NCBI GenBank assembly: GCA_963813715.1
Contig: CAWFAK010000008.1
Span: 544,001-608,000 of the forward strand
Length of the DNA stretch: 64,000 bases
Source: an uncultured Planctomycetaceae bacterium
GTDB lineage: Bacteria; Planctomycetota; Planctomycetia; Planctomycetales; Planctomycetaceae
Direction: 5' to 3'
The stretch's first letter is position 1. Every line of letters begins with the position of its first letter. The position numbers and the translations under genes are program-made. The notes beneath the pieces were generated by a model. It did no database searches. It saw only the letters and a program-made list of their open reading frames with translations, and was not told the DNA's origin. Of the stretch, positions 58,348-64,000 are shown piece by piece.

Positions 58348-58543
58348 GACATGCCCACTCAAAGCCGTGAGACTGTCCGGGAATTCGAGGCTACAAACTC
58401 TAGGAAAATCGAGGTTCGACGGATTTGGACTTACGTCGAATCTGGACATCGATTCTGAGCAGTCGTAAATCTCCGACTTTCCACGGCAATTGCTCTGCAT
58501 GAATTACCGGACTGTCTCACTCAAAGCCGTGGGCATGGCACCC
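58348..58543. repeat. Family A REP split by a MITE
   Basis: Removing 58369-58530 restores GACATGCCCAC-TCAAAGCC-GTGGGCATGGCACCC. Confidence 0.8.
58369..58518. mobile_element. 150-bp MITE with 12-bp target duplication
   Basis: IRs GAGACTGTCCGGGAATTC / GAATTACCGGACTGTCTC; ACTCAAAGCCGT duplicated at 58357-58368 and 58519-58530. Confidence 0.85.
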
Positions 58544-58610
58544 TGCGTGGTTGTGCGAAGCGGAGCTTCGGGGACGTGCAGTCCCAAGCGGAGTGTCGAC
58601 CGAGCTCAAG

Positions 58611-59095
58611 CTAGCGGGCGATTTCCAGCCGGGCGATCTGACCACCAACGTCAAAGATTCGCACGAGGCTGCCCTCTCTGTCGGGCCGCCGTGAGATTGC
58701 GTGTTATTGAAGCCGGCGGTGACCATGAAGTCCGCGTATTCGTAATGGTGCCCGTTCACGGTGAACTGCTCCATCACATGTCCCTCCGGCGGCATTGGGA
58801 CGAAATCGACCACCTTTCCTTCGACGACTTCAAAGTGACCCAATCGAATTGCTTCGCGAAGCCTCCAATAGTCCGAAAAGGTGCCCAGAAAGGTTGCCAA
58901 TACCCAAAGGATCGAGAAAGCGGCTCCACAATAGGCAATAGCCCGCTGCATGGGATTGAGTCCATGGGTCTTCGCGGTCGTGGATTACAGCGCCACGAAA
59001 ATCGCGACTAGGATTAGGCCGAACGCAGGAAACCACCAGTTTCGGTATCCTGCCTGGCCGGCGTCAAAGACAAGTTCGTAGGTCGCTGGGGTCAT
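58611..59095 (-). CDS. Hypothetical membrane protein (2 frameshifts)
   Basis: MTPATYELVFD..WWFPAFGLI, VVEGKVVDFVPMPPEGH, GFNNTQSHGGP...IARLEIAR*. Confidence 0.55.
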
Positions 59096-59157
59096 GGCGA
59101 GCACGCATCACGGAGGTCTAGCCGGGACATTCTAGCCAAAAAGGCGGCTCCTTCTCT

Positions 59158-59229
59158 CGCTCCGAAGCGGTGCTTGGGACGGAGGTCAGCGCTCCGGGGC
59201 TTCCGCAAAGCGGAGCGCCCGGGCACCCC
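59158..59229. repeat. Second copy of REP-like family D
   Basis: CGGGGCTTCCGCAAAGCGGAGCGCCCGGGCACCC matches 40101-40134. Confidence 0.6.
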
Positions 59230-59271
59230 TGTCCCGTCAGACTGATCCGTCGGGCCCGCGCCGGGGGCCGA

Positions 59272-60757
59272 TCAGATCGCCGCGACGAGTTCTTCGCGCG
59301 GGGACTCTTGGCTGACGATTGTCGCCGGGCGGACGGGGATCGGTTCGGTTCGCACGGCGGGGCGGCGTTGGAGTAGCACGCAGGTCGCCAGGAACCAGAC
59401 TGTCGTGCCCAGCCCCAGCAGGCCGACTCGGCCGCTGTTGGGCAACAGGCAATAGTGCAGCCACACCAGGACGACGGGAATCCAGGCCACGAACTCGGAG
59501 GCTCGCAGTCGACTCAGTTCGACCAGTCGCTGGCAGACGAACGGAATCGCCGGCAGGAACAGCACGTAATAGCAGCCGCGGGCGACCGGGCAGACCACGA
59601 GCGTGGCGACGCAGGCCAGGCCGAAGACTGTTCCGCGTCCGACCGGGTCGTTCGCAAATCCGGCTCGCAGCACGAACCACAGCAGGATCGCCAGGGCCAG
59701 AATTCTTCCGGCGACGATCAACATGCCGGAGTCGCCAATCGTCCATTGGCAATCGCAACGACGCATCGTGCGGGTGATCGATCAGCGTGTCGTCCGGTCC
59801 GTAGTCGAGCTTGCGCGGTGAGGAAGTTGCCGAAGCGGTAGGCGGCATTGTCGAGACTTTGATTGCGAATGGAGCGGACGTCCTCGCCGAAGTCGGACGT
59901 GCGGACGTCGACCACTTTGGTCACGACTTTGGAGAACCAGGTGTGCAGATGGTGGAGATTGCCGTTCCAGCCGGTGAGCGCCGCGGGGATCAGGAAGGCG
60001 AAGAGCAAGAGGCCCACGGTGAGTCCGCCGCCCAGCACCGCGGGCCGCTGCCAGGCCTGTCTGAGAGGTTGTCCCTGTTTCCAGGCGACCCAAGCGAGCC
60101 GCGCTTCGTACAGCAACAAGCAGCCGACCGGCAGCAGCGGGGTGAGCTTGAGAATCCCGGCCAGCGCGAAGACCAGGCCCGCGAGCGCCCAATGGCGGGC
60201 TCGTGTTCCCGTGAGCGCGATGCGGAAGCCGAGCATCAAGCAGGTAGAGTTTGAAAACCTCGACCTGGCCGCGCTGCAGGCAATTGAAGGCGGGCAAGAT
60301 CGCGGCAGCGATGGCGGCCGTGCACAGGCACATGTTGAGCTGGGCGGGATCCTTCGCCGTGCTGGGCCGTGTGAGTCAGCACAAAGGCGAGGATTCGCCT
60401 CAGCTCGAAGTAGCAGCCAAACACCATGCCGACGCTGAGCACGAACCAGACGCCGACCTGCCCCATCGGCGGCAGGACGTGCAGCGGCGCGACCAGGATG
60501 GCGAACATCGGCGGATAGAGATACCGCCAGCCGCGCGGATTGCTCACCTGGTAGGGGTCGCGTCCGTCGAAGAACGCGGCCCCCGCTTCGGTGTAGACGG
60601 TGAAGTCGGTCCGGTGCTCGTTGATTCGCTGGTGATTCACCATGCCCCGCGGCACGACGTCCAGCCAGCCCCAAATCGCAAAGGCAATCAACAGGCCCAG
60701 GTAAATCCAACGATAGCGGAAGACTTCCTCCGCAGGACGAAATCGCGGCATCGTCAC
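59272..60757 (-). CDS. Glycosyltransferase family 87 (DUF2029), about 3 frameshifts
   Basis: TDFTVY, YLYPPMFA, LQRGQ, LKLTP, NQSL motifs across overlapping ORFs. Confidence 0.78.
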
Positions 60758-60783
60758 GGAGTTCCTTGGTCAGCGCTTCTCGG

Positions 60784-61767
60784 TCAGTCGTGCAGTGTTT
60801 CCATCGGCCGGGGCGCGTTCGCCTGGACGGCGGCGTCGGTCGCCAGCTCGAGGTCGGCCCGGGCCACCGGATGGTCGGAGGCGGGGTTGGCGATCCACTC
60901 GGCCCGCACCGTCCGCAGTCCGCGAGTGAAGATCCAGTCGATCGGATTCTTCTTCACGGTGGGGCCGGGAATGTCGGCCAGCGCGTTGTGCACGCCGGGC
61001 GTGTGCATCAAGCGGACCATTTCGGGGTGCGTGCTGAACTCGTTGAGGTCGCCCAGGAGAATGGCCGGCTCGTTCAGCGAGAGGAACAGGTCGAACGCCG
61101 TCCGCAGCTGGATATCGTGCGTGTCCCCCTCGGTGTCCTTGTCGATGTGCACCGTCAACACGTGCACGGTCCGTCCCCAGTGGGTGAAGTTGGTCAGCAA
61201 GGCGGCCCGGAATCGCTGGCGGCTGGGAGTGGGGAGCGGAATACGGACGTAATCGCTGAGCGGCAAACGCGTGAGCAGGGCGTTGCCGTAGTGGTCGTGC
61301 CACCAGCGGCGTTCGGCGGGCACGAAGATCCAACCCATCTGGAGCCGCTCGGCGACGTCGGCGACCTGCGGGCCAGTGAATTCAAACGGCGGATTGCGGA
61401 CCTCCTGCAAGGCGGCCAGGTCGAGATCCTTCAACGCCTCGGCCGTGCGTCCCAGGTCGCGGATGCCGTCGCGGCCGACGCCGGCGTGCGTGTTGAACGT
61501 GGCGACCCGCAGCGGAGCCGACGCCGCGAGCGGCGCCAGGCGTTCCGTTTCGTGCAGCACGAGCGGCTCGACCGGATCGGCCGGCTTCTGGATGGCTCCG
61601 TCCGCGAACAGCCCGGTACCGACGGCGACCAACGCAGCCAGAATCAGCATTTTGCGGCTGGTCAGCCGCGCCCAGGTCGACGTCGGCTTTGGAGCGGTGG
61701 CGTTCGGCTGCGGGGTGTTCGGCCGGGGAGCGTTCGGCTGTGGGGTGTTCGACTTTGCTTTGGTCAT
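60784..61767 (-). CDS. Endonuclease/exonuclease/phosphatase family protein
   Basis: VATFNTH, ALQEV, GNALLTR, GDLNE, IDWIF, SDH. Confidence 0.88.
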   Translation of the reverse strand: MTKAKSNTPQPNAPRPNTPQPNATAPKPTSTWARLTSRKMLILAALVAVGTGLFADGAIQKPADPVEPLVLHETERLAPLAASAPLRVATFNTHAGVGRDGIRDLGRTAEALKDLDLAALQEVRNPPFEFTGPQVADVAERLQMGWIFVPAERRWWHDHYGNALLTRLPLSDYVRIPLPTPSRQRFRAALLTNFTHWGRTVHVLTVHIDKDTEGDTHDIQLRTAFDLFLSLNEPAILLGDLNEFSTHPEMVRLMHTPGVHNALADIPGPTVKKNPIDWIFTRGLRTVRAEWIANPASDHPVARADLELATDAAVQANAPRPMETLHD

Positions 61768-63745
61768 CGCGTGGTCCTTTCGTCGCTCTCGTGATAGCCG
61801 ACGGGCGTGACGAATTGTTTGGGGAATGGGCCGGGCTCGCCGAGGATGACGTCGTCCTCGTAGGGAACCAGCGGGCCCGGACGTCGGTGCATGGCCTGCA
61901 GCGGCGAGATGCGGAGGTAGTGGACGGCGACCCGTTTGACGTCCTTGCGGAACTTCAGGCGATAGAGCGTGAGCTGGCCGGCGTGGGGCACGCCCCGATC
62001 GATCGACGGGCTTTGGTCGAGCTTTTCGACCGTTCCCCAGTGCTTGAGGTGCTCCTGCTCGAACGACAGGCTGATCAACAGGATTTCGGAAGCGTGGATT
62101 TCGGCCGCGTCCAGAAATGACAGATCGTGGAGCAGAGTTGCCGAGTCACGCTGGTAGAAGAGTCCCAGCATGCCGTGAAACGGATGTGTTCCCATGTCGA
62201 CGAAGACGGGCAGCTGTTCGTGGTCCGCCCGCACGCGGACGGCCTTTAGGAATTTGACGTCGTCGCGATAGCGGTCGAGATATTCGGCGCTGTACAGGTG
62301 GCTGCCGCAGTAGGCGATCGCCAGTACGGTAAACACGGCCGCGCCGGCCCGACGCGGGTTCGGATTGAGCGCGCCCCACGTGATCAGATAGGCGGCCACT
62401 GGCGCCGCCACCATCAGGGCGTAAGGCAACCACACGGGGCCCGGAATCTGCTTGTGGAAGATGACCAGCGCGACGATCGCCGGCAGGGCGACCGTCACCA
62501 GGCTCAGGCTGGGGCTCCGCAACAGTCGCGGCCAGGTCGGGACGACCTCGCGTAGCTTTCGTGCTCCCAGAATGCCGAAGATGGCCCAGGGCGAAAGTGC
62601 GTGCAGCAGGTAATGATGGTGTTTGCCGCCGGGGATCGAAAAGACGATCGGCACGACGAAGGCCCAGCACCAGAGAAACCGCTCGGGCGACGTCGGCTCA
62701 TTCCAGCAGCGCTTCCAGGTGGCCCACAGACCGAAGGGGACGAGCACCGTCCACGGGGCACACATCCACAGCATGTTCACCGGGTAGTACCAGAGGGGAG
62801 CGTTGGTGACCGTGTAGTTCCCGCTTACCCGCCCGCCCAGGTCGAAGAACCAGAGGTCGGTCACGTCGGGATAGCGGGCGTAAATGGCCGCAGGCCAGGC
62901 GAACATCACGACGGTGTAGGCGAAGCGCCCCAAACCCAAACGTATTTGGCGATCCGGCGGAAGTCGCGCGTCCCCAGCAAAAAGACGGCGATCGGCGCAC
63001 CGGCCATCACGGCACCGAACAGAAGTCCCTTGACCAGATTCGTCACGCCCAGGACGACGAAGAATGCCAGCAACCACAGCGAGCGTTTGCCGAACAGTAC
63101 ACGGAAGAAGCCCAGGCGCGACAGGGGCGGCTCGGCCTTGCTGCTCCAGCCAATGTTCGGCAGACCGAACTCGTTCTTGACGAAGAGCGCCATCACCACG
63201 GCCATGATGCCGCAGAGGTGAATCTCGTCTTCGGAGCTCCAGGCGTAGCGGGTAAACTCGAGGGTGGTAGCCATTGCCAGTCCGGACAGCACGCCGATGC
63301 CTCGGCCAAACCACAGTGCGGCCACCCAGGCGACGCAGAGCACGGTGAGGATCGAATAGAGCGTCGGGCCGATTCGCACGATGGCTTCGGTGTCGCAGCG
63401 GCCGAAGAGCGAAGCGATCGCCACGGTCGACCATTGCGGCAGGGGCGGATTCTCCAGCCACGGGGCGGGCGGCATCGTCGCTTCGCCGGCGCTCGGACGC
63501 TTGGCGTCGATCTTGGGAACGACGAAATCGTGATCGGCGAACATCGACCGGGCCGTCTGCGGCAGCACCGCTTCGTGCAAAGAGAGCGGCCGGCCGCTGA
63601 CGATGGCGATGCCAAACACGATCGCCGAGTAGACGGTGAGCAGGCATAGGTCGCCGCGCGTCAGGCGTCCGCCGGCACACATCGCGGGTCGTGCGGAGGG
63701 CGTCTCCGCGGACAGAGCGCGAGCCTCGCTGTCTGGTGCTGCCAT
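61764..63745 (-). CDS. Glycosyltransferase family 39 (ArnT-like), frameshift near 62935
   Basis: LSLHEA, WLENPPLPQW, NLVKG, PLWYY, PWT, GGKHHHYLL. Confidence 0.82.
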
Positions 63746-64000
63746 TTGATCGCTCCCCAGGGTTGCTCGATCAGGTCCGGCAACCGCATCACAAGCGCGT
63801 CGAGCAGGCGGAGCGAATTACGCCCCGCATGAAGTCCAACTGCCCGAAATCGAATCGCCCAAAATCGAATCGCGGAATCCAATCGCCCAGCCGGCGCTCC
63901 GCTCCAGGCATTCGCCGGCTCGTCGGGCCGCGAAAATTAGGCCGATTCGCCATTTCCGTCAACGGCAAGTCGGTTGATCTTTGTTTAGAAACGCATGCCC

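Noticed and set aside
63847..63888. AAATCGAATCGC short tandem repeat as a regulatory array
   Set aside because: Only 2-3 degenerate copies at the window edge; function cannot be supported.

Overview
A GC-rich chromosomal window, probably from a Planctomycete (inferred from gene content and repeat types). About 25 single-base frameshifts are scattered through otherwise intact genes, including lpxB and ureC; these are most likely long-read assembly errors. From left to right it holds: (1) a cell-envelope cluster (GT39/ArnT, two SGNH hydrolases, DUF2079); (2) a Tat-signal Cys-rich small protein, a porin and a urease operon ureABC-FGD with no ureE; (3) an ArsR/SRPBCC pair and a triple-YbjQ protein; (4) two BlaI repressors and a giant BlaR1(M56)-thioredoxin fusion; (5) asnB, rpsO-pnp, an NtrBC-like pair, lpxB and yebC; (6) a second GT-C cluster at the far end. 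The most unusual part is 53.9-58.5 kb, a 4.6-kb region bounded by 43-bp inverted repeats. It holds a REP-associated tyrosine transposase (RAYT) with flanking REPs, an FRG-domain gene, and a DDE IS inserted into a REP hairpin with a 10-bp duplication. It also holds ~150-bp MITEs with IS-like ends that sit in REP hairpins, one of which carries a REPIN as cargo: a nested REP/MITE/IS system.
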